Below, in pieces: positions 24,385-33,909 of a stretch of DNA of 47,922 nt. The translations under genes were made by a program, and so were the position numbers. Below the pieces are notes generated by a model. The model searched no databases. It was not told the DNA's origin and saw nothing but the letters and a program-made list of their open reading frames with translations. The DNA is from Candidatus Fermentibacterota bacterium (GTDB taxonomy: Bacteria; JAFGKV01): contig JAFGKV010000004.1 in assembly GCA_016928395.1 (NCBI GenBank), positions 1 through 47,922 on the forward strand, written 5' to 3'. The first letter of the stretch is position 1. Each line of letters starts with the position of its first letter.

Positions 24385-25494
24385 CTATTCGCTGAGCCGC
24401 AAGGGCATCAAAAGGCAGGTGTAGTTCTCGCCCTCCTCCTGGTGTTCCGCCACAACCAGCGCGGCCTTCAGCGGCGCATTCATCTTGAACACCACCTGCT
24501 CACCCGGGACATGGCCCAGGATGTCCAGAAGGTACTTCCCGTTGAACCCAATTTCGAAGGCCTCTCCCTCATAGGACACGTCAAGTTCTTCCGTCGACTC
24601 TCCGACTTCCGGGCACTCCGCGTGCAGCACCATCTTCCCCACGTCGATAACAAGCCGTATCTGGCTCGTGAGCGGCATGGCGAAGATCGTCGCTCGCCGC
24701 AACGCGGCCATGAGCGCCTCCCGGTTCACGAGCATCTCGAGGCGCGTCTCCTTGGGAATCACCGTCGTGTAGACTGGGTATGACACATCCAGCTCGCGCG
24801 TGTAGAGCGCCGCGTTGGGCAACTCAAAGCTCACGAAGCGCTCACCGAGACCGACAGTCACCTCCTCCGACGAAGCTGCCAAACGAACGACCTGATTCAG
24901 CGCCTTCGGCGGGAGGATGAACTTGCGCTCCAGCCGGGTCGGATTCTTCAGCTTGAGCTCCATCAAGGCCAGCCGCCGGCCATCCGTTGCCACCATGAGG
25001 GATGTCTCATCATGCAGTTCCCACAGCACGCTGTTCAACCCGGGCCGCGACTCTTCTCTGCCCGCGCAGAACACCGTGCCATCAACCAGACGGCTCAACG
25101 CCGGCGAGGGAAAGACCACCCGATCGGCGTGCTCCATGCTGGGAAAGACCGGAAAATCATCAGCACTCATGATGGGCATGACGAAGCGACTCCGACCGCA
25201 ACGCACCTCGGCCTTGCTGTCGCCCACGTCCAGCGTCATGTCTTCCCCTGGCAACTGACGGACTATGTCCGCTAATCGCCGGGCAGGCAACGCGGCTTTT
25301 CCCGATTGCAGCACGCTGCCATCCACCCGAAACCTTCCCGAAACATCCAGATCCGTGCTCCAGAACCAGATACCCTGCTCATCCGCAGTTACCAACGCGG
25401 AGCCAAGAATTGGAGAACTCGGATGCGCCGGTATGATGGCAGTGAGATCGCGTAGGCACGAACCCAACAGCGACGGTGAGAGCGTTACTTGCAT
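24385..25494 (-). CDS. dnaN: DNA polymerase III beta sliding clamp
   Basis: 'STDLD', 'ESRPGLN', 'VATDGRRL', 'IGFNGKYLLD', C-terminal 'LLMPLRL'; SD AAGGAG before ATG 25494. Confidence 0.95.
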   Translation of the reverse strand: MQVTLSPSLLGSCLRDLTAIIPAHPSSPILGSALVTADEQGIWFWSTDLDVSGRFRVDGSVLQSGKAALPARRLADIVRQLPGEDMTLDVGDSKAEVRCGRSRFVMPIMSADDFPVFPSMEHADRVVFPSPALSRLVDGTVFCAGREESRPGLNSVLWELHDETSLMVATDGRRLALMELKLKNPTRLERKFILPPKALNQVVRLAASSEEVTVGLGERFVSFELPNAALYTRELDVSYPVYTTVIPKETRLEMLVNREALMAALRRATIFAMPLTSQIRLVIDVGKMVLHAECPEVGESTEELDVSYEGEAFEIGFNGKYLLDILGHVPGEQVVFKMNAPLKAALVVAEHQEEGENYTCLLMPLRLSE

Positions 25495-25739
25495 GGAGCG
25501 GTCTCCTTCATGGCCATGCGAGCCCACAAACGGTTACGAAACCAGCCACCCTGACGCCCGGCCAAGGTCTTACAGTCAAAGGCAGGAATATAGTCTCTGA
25601 CACCCTCCTCTTCAACCTTTCCTGCGTCGATCCCGGCCGTGTCCCACGGTTGCCCGACCCGTCCTGGAGGGCTGGAACATGGAATGAATCAAGAATGGAA
25701 TGACGGAAGGATGGGTATGGAGACGGCGGGGACGGTACA

Positions 25740-25757
25740 CCGTGCACGCGTGCACGG
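25740..25757. repeat. Perfect 18-bp palindrome ccgtgcacgcgtgcacgg
   Basis: Read directly from the sequence; 10 nt past the GT2 stop, in the dnaN upstream region. Confidence 0.6.
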
Positions 25758-25767
25758 GAGAACCTAC

Positions 25768-26679
25768 TCATTGACTCTGATCTGTCCGCCGGCGAGGAAG
25801 GGCCGCAATGCCGCGCACCAGCGCACGAATCAAATGCCATTGACCTCTCACGGCCCATCCTCCCACGTACAATGCCGCGCCCATCCCTGCGCAAAAGGGG
25901 ATAGTGAGCCAGTGATACCATGATGCCCACCGGCGAAAGAATATCCACTGATTCCGGAATCGAAGCGTTACCTTCAGAGGCGTTGTTCCGCCGCCGCTGA
26001 AGGATGACACCCGATGCCACACGGTGGCGGCCGGTTCGTACACCAGCCGGCACCCGGCCCGTCGCGCACGCTGACAGAAATCGGTGTCTTCGAAGTAACT
26101 CGGAAAGTATGCATCGTCGAAGAGACCGATCCTCATCAGCAGGCCCGTGTCGATGAGAACCGCGCACGCGGTGAGATAGTCAACTTCACAGATGTCGTCA
26201 TATTGGCCTCGGTCCTTCTCTCTGATGCCGCGATGGGCAACGTCGCCGCACCACCACCGGATGACTCCGCCGGCAGACCAGAGAAGACTCGGATCGTGAT
26301 AATAAAATATCTTTGGTCCCACCATACCCGCACGATCGCTGACGGCCCTGGCCACTAGGCGTTCCACGCAGCCCTCTGCGGCGATCGCGTCATAGTTGAA
26401 CAAGAAAACGAACTCATCACCTCTCTCCATGGCGATTTTCATGCCAATGTTGTTTCCACCGCCAAAGCCGAGGTTGCGGCCGTTCTCGACAACCTGCACT
26501 CCCGGGAACTGCTCCCTGATCAGGGCAACGCTTTCGTCTGTCGAACCGTTGTCAACAACGATCATGTAGAGGTTCTCGTAGGTCTGGGACTGCAGGGAGC
26601 GGATGGCCTCACCGATGTAATCCTTCCCATTCAGATTAACCACCACCACACATACCCTTGGCTTGTCCGGCAGGCCCAT
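25768..26679 (-). CDS. Family 2 glycosyltransferase
   Basis: 'VVVVNLNG', 'VVDNGSTD', 'NLGFGGGNN', 'LFDDAYFPSYFEDTDFC'. Confidence 0.9.
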   Translation of the reverse strand: MGLPDKPRVCVVVVNLNGKDYIGEAIRSLQSQTYENLYMIVVDNGSTDESVALIREQFPGVQVVENGRNLGFGGGNNIGMKIAMERGDEFVFLFNYDAIAAEGCVERLVARAVSDRAGMVGPKIFYYHDPSLLWSAGGVIRWWCGDVAHRGIREKDRGQYDDICEVDYLTACAVLIDTGLLMRIGLFDDAYFPSYFEDTDFCQRARRAGCRLVYEPAATVWHRVSSFSGGGTTPLKVTLRFRNQWIFFRRWASWYHWLTIPFCAGMGAALYVGGWAVRGQWHLIRALVRGIAALPRRRTDQSQ

Positions 26680-26801
26680 GGCGTGTTCCTTCCGTGTCAT
26701 TCTGTCACTCTCACCACCTTCACACCATCAGGTTAGGGATGAAACACCACTCGTCAAGCGCGCCCACACCTCATGAGTCCAATGCACCCGAGGCGGTGCC
26801 C

Positions 26802-27455
26802 ATGAGCGTCGAGGTCGTGGTGAAAGTTGTTTCCACGATCGCATCACAGGTCGCCGACCTTGACGATCCACTGGCCACGGATGACACCACCAATGGGGAT
26901 CCCTACCGGGTTCTGATCTCCTGTGTCCTGAGCCAGCGAACGAAGGAGGAGGTTACCAGCGTCGCATCCAAACGTCTCTTCGCCCGCGCCTCAACTCCTG
27001 AGGAGATGATCGGGCTCTCGATCGAAGAGATCGGCGCGTTGATCTACCCGGTTGGATTTTGGAGGACCAAGGCCCGTCATGTGCGCGATCTGAGTATACG
27101 AATCAGAACTGACCATAACGGCAGGGTTCCCTCAACCATTGAGGATCTGCTCTCTCTTCCCGGTGTGGGAAGAAAAACCGCCAATCTGGTGCTCTCTTCA
27201 GGTTTCGGCCTTCCTGCCATCTGTGTGGACACCCACGTTCATCGCATCATGAATCGCCTGGGCTTTGTCGAGACTTCGTCACCGAATGAGACCGAATCCG
27301 CCCTGCGCCGGACTCTCCCACGTTCACTCTGGCTCGACATCAACTACCTCCTCGTGCTTTTTGGACGAAACGTATGCACACCCCTGTCACCAAAATGCTC
27401 TCGGTGCGTGGTGAGAGAGTACTGTCATCAGGTTGGAGTACTTCGGTTTCGTTAG
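26802..27455 (+). CDS. nth: Endonuclease III (HhH-GPD DNA glycosylase, 4Fe-4S)
   Basis: 'LSQRT', HhH 'LLSLPGVGRKTAN', 'VDTHVHR', C-x6-C-x2-C-x5-C cluster motif. Confidence 0.93.
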   Translation: MSVEVVVKVVSTIASQVADLDDPLATDDTTNGDPYRVLISCVLSQRTKEEVTSVASKRLFARASTPEEMIGLSIEEIGALIYPVGFWRTKARHVRDLSIRIRTDHNGRVPSTIEDLLSLPGVGRKTANLVLSSGFGLPAICVDTHVHRIMNRLGFVETSSPNETESALRRTLPRSLWLDINYLLVLFGRNVCTPLSPKCSRCVVREYCHQVGVLRFR

Positions 27456-27621
27456 ATTATTAATACTAGTAGTAGGCAGGATGGAACCTGTGAAGAACGC
27501 CTGAGGACTATGAATAGTAGAGAGTACTCTATTTCACAGCCTGTGAACAACATGTGGATAACACCGTTTGGGACGAAGGTAGGGCGGTTATCCACAGGCG
27601 ATCAACAGGGTAGTGTTCATA
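27456..27621. other. Probable chromosomal replication origin (oriC)
   Basis: AT-rich run with trios TAT-TAA-TAC-TAG-TAG-TAG (27458-27475); perfect DnaA boxes TGTGGATAA 27553-27561 and TTATCCACA 27588-27596; near-consensus boxes at 27489-27497 and 27542-27550; near dnaN; most large flanking housekeeping genes point away. Confidence 0.8.
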
Positions 27622-27666
27622 CGTACGCACGAGCGCGCAGTGACACGAACATGAAGCCTCGAACAC

Positions 27667-28491
27667 TTATGAAAGCAGTGCCCGCGCATGCCGTATTCGG
27701 CGCTCGACCAGAGTTTGGGGACGCAGGCTTTTCAATACCTTGATGGCACGCTCGACGCAGTCGCGAGCGTGAGCCGTGTCGCCGGAGGATCTGTGGATCC
27801 GAGCGAGAAGCAGTAAGTCATCCACGATGGCGGGCTTTGCACCCGTGAGACGGTCAACGGCCAGTACGCGTTCACCATAGATACGGGCCTTCGTATGGAG
27901 GCCGCGCACGGAGTTCATCCATGCCAGAAGGAAACGGTGTTCCTGATCCACCTCTGCCCGGGCCGCCCGGGGAATATTCCGCGGACGGCGTAGGTAGTGC
28001 CCGGAAGCGGCAACGTCGCCCGAGACCAAGGCCGCTCGCGCCTCCATGAAACGAAGGCGGCAGCGGAATAGCGTGCTCTTGCACATTCGTCTCAAGGTCT
28101 GAGCAGCGGGGGCGGGTTCGCTGCCAGTGGTCAGCGCGATTCCCCAGAGGAGGATGTGACCATCGGCTTCCAGACAGGCAAAGCCGGCGTCCTTGGCCAC
28201 AGAGGTGCCGTATTCCGCCGCTGCCCGGGCGGAATCGTTGTATGCCAGCCAGCGGTACATCCCCGCGCGGGCCAGAATGGCCTCGATCCTGGTCTCCTGA
28301 TCGTCGAATCCGGTGGCCTCGTGTTCTGCCTGGCGCGCAAGATCCAAGGCCAGCCCTATGTCACCCTTGGCAAATGATGTGTGGGCAGATCCCAAGAGTC
28401 TGCGCGGGCGCGCAGACGGTGATGCGGGTGAAGGCAGTATTGCGGCGCACGAAACAACGAGGCAGAGGCCAAGTATAGCCAGCGCTTTCAC
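27667..28491 (-). CDS. Putative TPR-like helical lipoprotein
   Basis: GTG overlaps the mlaD stop (GTGA); lipobox-like 'LGLCLVVSC'; Ala/Arg-rich helical repeats. Confidence 0.6.
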   Translation of the reverse strand: MKALAILGLCLVVSCAAILPSPASPSARPRRLLGSAHTSFAKGDIGLALDLARQAEHEATGFDDQETRIEAILARAGMYRWLAYNDSARAAAEYGTSVAKDAGFACLEADGHILLWGIALTTGSEPAPAAQTLRRMCKSTLFRCRLRFMEARAALVSGDVAASGHYLRRPRNIPRAARAEVDQEHRFLLAWMNSVRGLHTKARIYGERVLAVDRLTGAKPAIVDDLLLLARIHRSSGDTAHARDCVERAIKVLKSLRPQTLVERRIRHARALLS

Positions 28492-29387
28492 GGATTCATC
28501 CTCCCCAGGCCCGGCGCACCCAGGGGTTGCTCGGCCCTGCCTCCCAGGATCCAACTCGCGCGGGTCTGCTCCAAGGTCAATCGGAGCTCCTGTAGAAGGG
28601 GGACAAGTTCGGGTGTGGTCTCTGCCGCGGAGTTGGCTGCCTGCGCCAAGGACCGGAGTAGGGTATCTGACGTGGCGGCCATCGCATTCAGGCGGCAGAG
28701 GAGCTCCGCGAGTTCCTCCGCGGCCGTCTGTGCCGCGATTAGGGTGGAATCAACATGGATGCGGAGCGGCCCATCGGCGGCCAAAGAGGTAAGCAGACCT
28801 TCCGGTGCAGCCGTCATGTCAAGGAGGGAAGCCGTGGACCGGAGTATCCGGCGGAAGGCGCTGTCAGGATGCGCCAGGGTGGCCGTCAGTGGCACCATTT
28901 CCGCGGCGATGGTATGCAGCAGTGCCGCGATGGAGTCGGCCCTGTCGAGGATAGGTTGCGCCGAGGCCGTCAACCGCGCCAGGCCGCCTCCCGTCACAGC
29001 GGGAATCGTATCGCCGTCGGCGACCCGCTCGCCACTGCCTGAAGGTATGAGCACGATCCTACCGGCGCCGATGAGCAGGGGAGGCTCGGCCCGAGCACAC
29101 GTGCCTCGCTTCAGGTGAGCCAGGGAGCGTCGTTCTACCTTGAGGGCGGCGGCGATACGAAGTTTGTCGGTGAGGACAAACCGATCGATCTCGCCGACCG
29201 TGAGCCCCGCCAGGGTCACCGGATCGCCGACCCGAAGGTGCTCGGCGCTGTCGAGCATGGTCCACAGGGTGGCGCGAGGGATGAGCCAGCCCTGACGCAC
29301 GCCCAGGCCGACGATGGCCGCCACGGCCATAATGCCCGCACCCAAGACGAAAAGCCCCACGACCTTGACAAAAGGCGTTTCTCTCAT
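28488..29387 (-). CDS. MCE/MlaD-family substrate-binding protein
   Basis: 'VGLFVL' TM, 'LRVGDPVTLAGLTVGEI' MCE domain, long helical tail. Confidence 0.85.
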   Translation of the reverse strand: MRETPFVKVVGLFVLGAGIMAVAAIVGLGVRQGWLIPRATLWTMLDSAEHLRVGDPVTLAGLTVGEIDRFVLTDKLRIAAALKVERRSLAHLKRGTCARAEPPLLIGAGRIVLIPSGSGERVADGDTIPAVTGGGLARLTASAQPILDRADSIAALLHTIAAEMVPLTATLAHPDSAFRRILRSTASLLDMTAAPEGLLTSLAADGPLRIHVDSTLIAAQTAAEELAELLCRLNAMAATSDTLLRSLAQAANSAAETTPELVPLLQELRLTLEQTRASWILGGRAEQPLGAPGLGRMNP

Positions 29388-30043
29388 GGCTCCTCCATAC
29401 GGCCTTGGCGCAGCAGTCGAACCGACTCAGCCACGATACCGGCGATGGTCTCCGAGGAAGTCGCACTGACCATGGCCAGGCCGCGGCTACGGAGGTCGCG
29501 CAGAAGGCTCAACACCCGCTGTGAGCACTCAACGTCGACCACTACCACTGGGTTGTCAAAGAGAAGGACGTGTGGCTCCAGGATCAAGGCACGGGCCAAG
29601 GCGACCAACTCGGCCTCACCGGGGGCCAAAGCGGCGGGGCGCGCAAGGGGTTGGGTCACGCCCAAAGCGTCAAGCAGGGCGTATGCCCGCGACCGCGCGT
29701 CGTCCGCGGGAACATGACCGTGATACAGGAGGGGGAGTTGCACATTGTCCAGCACCGTCATGTTGCTCCGCAGGCCAAGATTCTGTGAGATGTAGCCGAT
29801 TCCCGCGGGCCACGGCACGGCCAAGGGCGCATACGACCTCACGGGTTTCCCTCGGAAAAGGACCGTGCCGCTGCTGGGGCGGATCAGGCCCGCCAGCACT
29901 CGTACCAGCGTGCTCTTGCCCGAATTGGATCCGCCCACCACGGCGAGGCTGTCTCCCGGGCGCAGGGTGAGACTTGCCCGGTCCAGCACCATCATGCCGT
30001 CGAATGACACGCGCACATCGCGGGCCGAGAGTATCGGTTCCAT
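29384..30043 (-). CDS. MlaF-like ABC ATP-binding protein with degenerate catalytic motifs
   Basis: Walker A GGSNSGKS and Q-loop present; signature LAPGE, Walker B LLFDN, no H-loop His. Confidence 0.8.
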   Translation of the reverse strand: MEPILSARDVRVSFDGMMVLDRASLTLRPGDSLAVVGGSNSGKSTLVRVLAGLIRPSSGTVLFRGKPVRSYAPLAVPWPAGIGYISQNLGLRSNMTVLDNVQLPLLYHGHVPADDARSRAYALLDALGVTQPLARPAALAPGEAELVALARALILEPHVLLFDNPVVVVDVECSQRVLSLLRDLRSRGLAMVSATSSETIAGIVAESVRLLRQGRMEEP

Positions 30044-30861
30044 CAGAGTCGCAAGGATGTGAACGTGATCAGCAGGTCAGCGACAAGGCACAAGAGGATG
30101 GCGTGCACCACCGTTCTCAGCGCAGCCTTTGGTATCTCGGTCGGTGAAGGCTGCACCGCCAGGCCGAAATGGCAGGCAATGGACGAGATGATGGCGCCAA
30201 AGAGAAATCCCTTGGCCACCGTGGCGGCCAGGTCGACGACTCGAAGGTGGTGCGCTACGGAGCCAAGGAAGAAGGAAGGTGAGATGCGCACGAACATGAA
30301 GCTTACCACATAGCCGCCGAGAATCGCCGCGACATCGAAGTAGATGAGAAGGGCCATGGTTGCTACCGTGATGCCTGCGAGGCGGGGGAACACGACATAG
30401 GCGCGGGGAGGAATGCCCAAAGATCGCAGCACCGCGATCTCGTCGCCGACCACCATGGTCCCAAGCTCCACCGAGGCGGCGGTGGCGGACCTGCCAATGA
30501 CAATGAAGGCAACCAGGAGCGGGCCGACCTCCCGAATGACGATAAGTGCAAGCAGCTTACCCAGAGTATCCGCTGCGCCCACCTGGGGAAGGATAGCCAT
30601 ACTCTGAATGATAACGATGGCACCAGTGATGATGCCTGCGGCAGTCACTATGGTGAGGGCGTGAACGCCTGTGAAGCGCACCTGCTGCACCCAGATGGCA
30701 TGGATGCAGTCAACCGCCGAGGGTGGCGCGGCAAGGGCTTCTCGGAAACTGGACGCAGCGAGGCGGATGGCACCAACCACGTGGCTCCCGGCAGTCACCA
30801 CGGGCATGCCGATATGGCGGACAACGCGGTGTGGAAATGTCTCAGCCACGACGTACCCCAC
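30043..30861 (-). CDS. MlaE-family ABC permease
   Basis: 'IREVGPLLVAFIVIGRS', 'ELGTM...EI', 'YVVFPRL'. Confidence 0.9.
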   Translation of the reverse strand: MGYVVAETFPHRVVRHIGMPVVTAGSHVVGAIRLAASSFREALAAPPSAVDCIHAIWVQQVRFTGVHALTIVTAAGIITGAIVIIQSMAILPQVGAADTLGKLLALIVIREVGPLLVAFIVIGRSATAASVELGTMVVGDEIAVLRSLGIPPRAYVVFPRLAGITVATMALLIYFDVAAILGGYVVSFMFVRISPSFFLGSVAHHLRVVDLAATVAKGFLFGAIISSIACHFGLAVQPSPTEIPKAALRTVVHAILLCLVADLLITFTSLRL

Positions 30862-30989
30862 GGGATAGGGTCAACAGGGTGCAAGAAAGCAGTTGAGGGC
30901 CCTGGCAGAAAGGCCGGCATTGAGGGTGGTTGACAAGTAGGCCGCTGGCCCATGTTCTTGCCGACTCATCCCATCACGGAGGAAGACGC

Positions 30990-32060
30990 GTGGATCCTGT
31001 ACACCTCTTGAAAGAGCTCTCTGAAGCCATCGGTGCACCGGGCGCCGAAGATGAAGTGCGGTCGATACTCCGGAGCCGCCTGGCGGAGCATGCCGACGCG
31101 GTCGAGACCGACGTGATCGGCAATCTCTTTGCCGTTTCAGGAAACCCCGGTGGTCCCACAATCATGGTCGCGGCTCACACGGACGAAGTGGGTCTGCTGG
31201 TGAGCGGGGTGGAACCGGAGGGATTCCTGCGGGTCGCTCCGCTGGGCCGCTCGGATGCCCGGGTACTTCCCGGCCAGGAGGTCGTGGTCCAGAGCGCGTC
31301 CGGCGGGCGGATCTTCGGCATTGTGGGTTCGCCGTCACCCCACATCACCCAGGAATCGCAACGGAGCGTCGTGTCTCCAGTGGAGGCGCAGTTCGTGGAT
31401 ATCGGCGCTCGATCGGCCGATGATGTTGCCTCGCTGGGCATACAAATCGGTGATCCGGCGGTTCTGAACGCGGAATTCCGCGAGCTCCCGGGGCGGATGG
31501 TCATGGGCAAGGCGTTAGACGATCGCGCCGGGTGTGCACTGCTGGTCATGGCCCTGAAGCATCTGGCAACGATTGAGCTGGACGTGCGGCTGGTGGCGGC
31601 ATTCACCTGTCAGGAGGAGGTGGGAGTGCGAGGCGCCACGGTGGCGGGGTACAGAATAAACCCCGACGTGGCCTTTGCCCTGGAAGGCACTGCCGCCGGG
31701 GATTTCCCCGGTATCGAACGGCATCGGGTTCCCGTCGCCATAGGCAAAGGCGTGGCCCTGACAATCGCAGACAATCGGCTGCTGGCCCACCGGGGGCTCT
31801 TCCGCTTCGTGGAGGAGGTAGCCGAGCGGCATGGAATTCCCCACCAGACAAAGAGGCCGCTGTTCGGGGGTACGGACGCGGGCGCGCTCCACATGGCCCG
31901 CGCCGGCGTCATGGCGGGCGTGATGTCCGTGCCATGCCGGTATATCCACACTCCCAGGGCAATGATGAGCCTCGACGACTTCGATGCGGGTGTACGGCTC
32001 CTCGTGGCGGTACTTCGAGAGGTCGGGGGCTGGTTGCGGACCGTTGGCACTTCCCCGTGA
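30990..32060 (+). CDS. M42-family (TET-like) aminopeptidase
   Basis: 'AHTDEVG', 'KALDDRAG', 'QEEVG', 'GGTDAG', 'RYIHTP'; GGAGG SD before GTG 30990. Confidence 0.9.
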   Translation: MDPVHLLKELSEAIGAPGAEDEVRSILRSRLAEHADAVETDVIGNLFAVSGNPGGPTIMVAAHTDEVGLLVSGVEPEGFLRVAPLGRSDARVLPGQEVVVQSASGGRIFGIVGSPSPHITQESQRSVVSPVEAQFVDIGARSADDVASLGIQIGDPAVLNAEFRELPGRMVMGKALDDRAGCALLVMALKHLATIELDVRLVAAFTCQEEVGVRGATVAGYRINPDVAFALEGTAAGDFPGIERHRVPVAIGKGVALTIADNRLLAHRGLFRFVEEVAERHGIPHQTKRPLFGGTDAGALHMARAGVMAGVMSVPCRYIHTPRAMMSLDDFDAGVRLLVAVLREVGGWLRTVGTSP

Positions 32061-32172
32061 GACTTGCGCGCACGGGATGCCGAGCCAAACTGCTGGGGCA
32101 TGAGGGACGCGGAGCCCGACGGGACCCAGCGCTTCCTTCGGGTATGTACACCTACTCACCGAGGATTGACCC

Positions 32173-32877
32173 ATGAGTCTTCACATTGCCGCACCCGAGG
32201 GCGCCGTGGCTGAGAGAGTCCTGCTGCCCGGCGATCCCCTTCGTGCCCGTCATATCGCAGAGCGTTTCCTAAAAGACCCGATCCTGTACAATGAGATCCG
32301 GGGAATGTACGGCTTCACGGGAACCTGCAAGGGCGTTCCGGTCTCGGTGCAGGGCACGGGCATGGGCATGCCGTCGATCTCCATTTACGCGCACGAGCTC
32401 ATCACCGCGTACGGCGTACGACGGCTGATCCGCGTGGGAAGCTGCGGCGCCATGCAGCCTCATCTCAACCTTCGGGACGTAGTGATCGCCATGTCGGCCT
32501 CATCAGACTCCAACCTGAATACCCACTGTCTGAGAGGCTTCTCATACGCCCCCACGGCGGATTTTTCCCTTCTTGTGCGGGCGTACGACGCGGCCCGGGA
32601 AACAGGGTCTGTGGTGCATGTAGGGCCGATTCTCTCCAGCGACCTTTTCTACCATGATGACGATGACTCGTGGAGAATGTGGGCGGAGTACGGCGTTCTG
32701 GCGGTGGAGATGGAGACAGCCGCCCTGTACACAATGGCGGCGAAGCATCGGGCCCAGGCATTGGCGTTGCTCACCGTCAGCGATCAGATCGTACGGGGCG
32801 AGGCCGTGGCGCCCATCGATCGGCAGACCACCTTCGATTCGATGGTGGAAATCGCCCTGAAGGTAATCGTCGGCTAA
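32173..32877 (+). CDS. deoD: Purine nucleoside phosphorylase DeoD
   Basis: 'LLPGDPLRA', 'GTGMGMPS', 'IRVGSCG', 'VEMETAAL'. Confidence 0.95.
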   Translation: MSLHIAAPEGAVAERVLLPGDPLRARHIAERFLKDPILYNEIRGMYGFTGTCKGVPVSVQGTGMGMPSISIYAHELITAYGVRRLIRVGSCGAMQPHLNLRDVVIAMSASSDSNLNTHCLRGFSYAPTADFSLLVRAYDAARETGSVVHVGPILSSDLFYHDDDDSWRMWAEYGVLAVEMETAALYTMAAKHRAQALALLTVSDQIVRGEAVAPIDRQTTFDSMVEIALKVIVG

Positions 32878-33064
32878 GCGTCTTTCGATTCAAGGCCGTG
32901 CGTGGAGCCTCAAACCAGGAATCCGGCACACCACACCCGAGAGACAAAGGGTGCGGTGGCGTGGAAGAGCGGGTGATCTGAGGGATTCGTCGCGGGGGCT
33001 TTGGGTGTGAGGGCCAGGAGCGTGGAACCGTCGACCACACCTCGAGCGGAGCGAGGCGGCGCGG

Positions 33065-33724
33065 TCAGCCGGAGGAGGGGGGCGTCAAAGAGACGGCCGG
33101 CATGGAAATGATGAAACCCTCACCAGCACTGAGCGCGAGCCCATCGCCGGAGAACAGAGCCATCAGATGTCCAGACTCGTCGGGCATGGGCACGGCGCCC
33201 GGGTCTATCCCCGCGGCGGCGATGGAAAGGTGGACCTGCCTATCCCGGACATCGGCGCTGATGCGCAAAGGCGTCGGGTCGCTCACCGCGCCACAGAGGG
33301 CCAAGAGCACCTCGGCGACACAGAGCTTCAGATCCACGGGACGCACCAAGACCGGGGGAGTCGCTGCCGGGAGTGCGTACTCAAGCTCCAGGCCGCGGCG
33401 GGAGAGGTGCCGGCCCAAGAGAAGACCAATCTCTGCCACGTGATCGGAGAGTACGGTCGGTGTAGGATCTCCCGGCTGTGCCGCCTCTCGGGCCAGCGAT
33501 CCGATGGTGTGCACCTTTTCGCTGACGAGCAGGGCGTGCTCGTATATGCCGTCCAGACCCGCGGGGCCCTGGGGCATGCCCCCGGAGCCGCGGGCCTGGT
33601 GGATCTGAATCCGGCCCAAGACCACCGCCAGTGGGTTGCTGATGTCGTGGGATACCGGAATCACCAAGCGCCCCACCGCCGCGAGACGAATGACCGCAGG
33701 GGGAACCGAAGCGTCAGCATGCAC
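33065..33724 (-). CDS. Stand-alone HisKA protein with a degenerate ATPase domain (ChpT-like phosphotransferase candidate)
   Basis: H-box 'VGRL...SHDISNPL'; N and G boxes not recognisable; GAGGAGG SD before GTG 33724; 219 aa. Confidence 0.65.
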   Translation of the reverse strand: MHADASVPPAVIRLAAVGRLVIPVSHDISNPLAVVLGRIQIHQARGSGGMPQGPAGLDGIYEHALLVSEKVHTIGSLAREAAQPGDPTPTVLSDHVAEIGLLLGRHLSRRGLELEYALPAATPPVLVRPVDLKLCVAEVLLALCGAVSDPTPLRISADVRDRQVHLSIAAAGIDPGAVPMPDESGHLMALFSGDGLALSAGEGFIISMPAVSLTPPSSG

Positions 33725-33909
33725 ACAGGCCTCCTCGCAAGATGCCGCCTGCGGAGGTAGAAACACATAGGAGGCCCCAAGAGCAAGGGCCATCGAGCCA
33801 AGCAGTTGCACCTTGGAGCAATCCAGCGTTTATTCGCTCGTCTTTGCGCCGTGCGCAGGGACGGCGTATGCGGCATTGTCACCGCCCGCACCTTACTGTC
33901 GAGGCCAGC

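Noticed and set aside
25508-26167. 219-aa minus-strand ORF upstream of dnaN as a possible dnaA remnant
   Set aside because: No AAA+ or DnaA domain IV motifs; it overlaps GT2 in another frame
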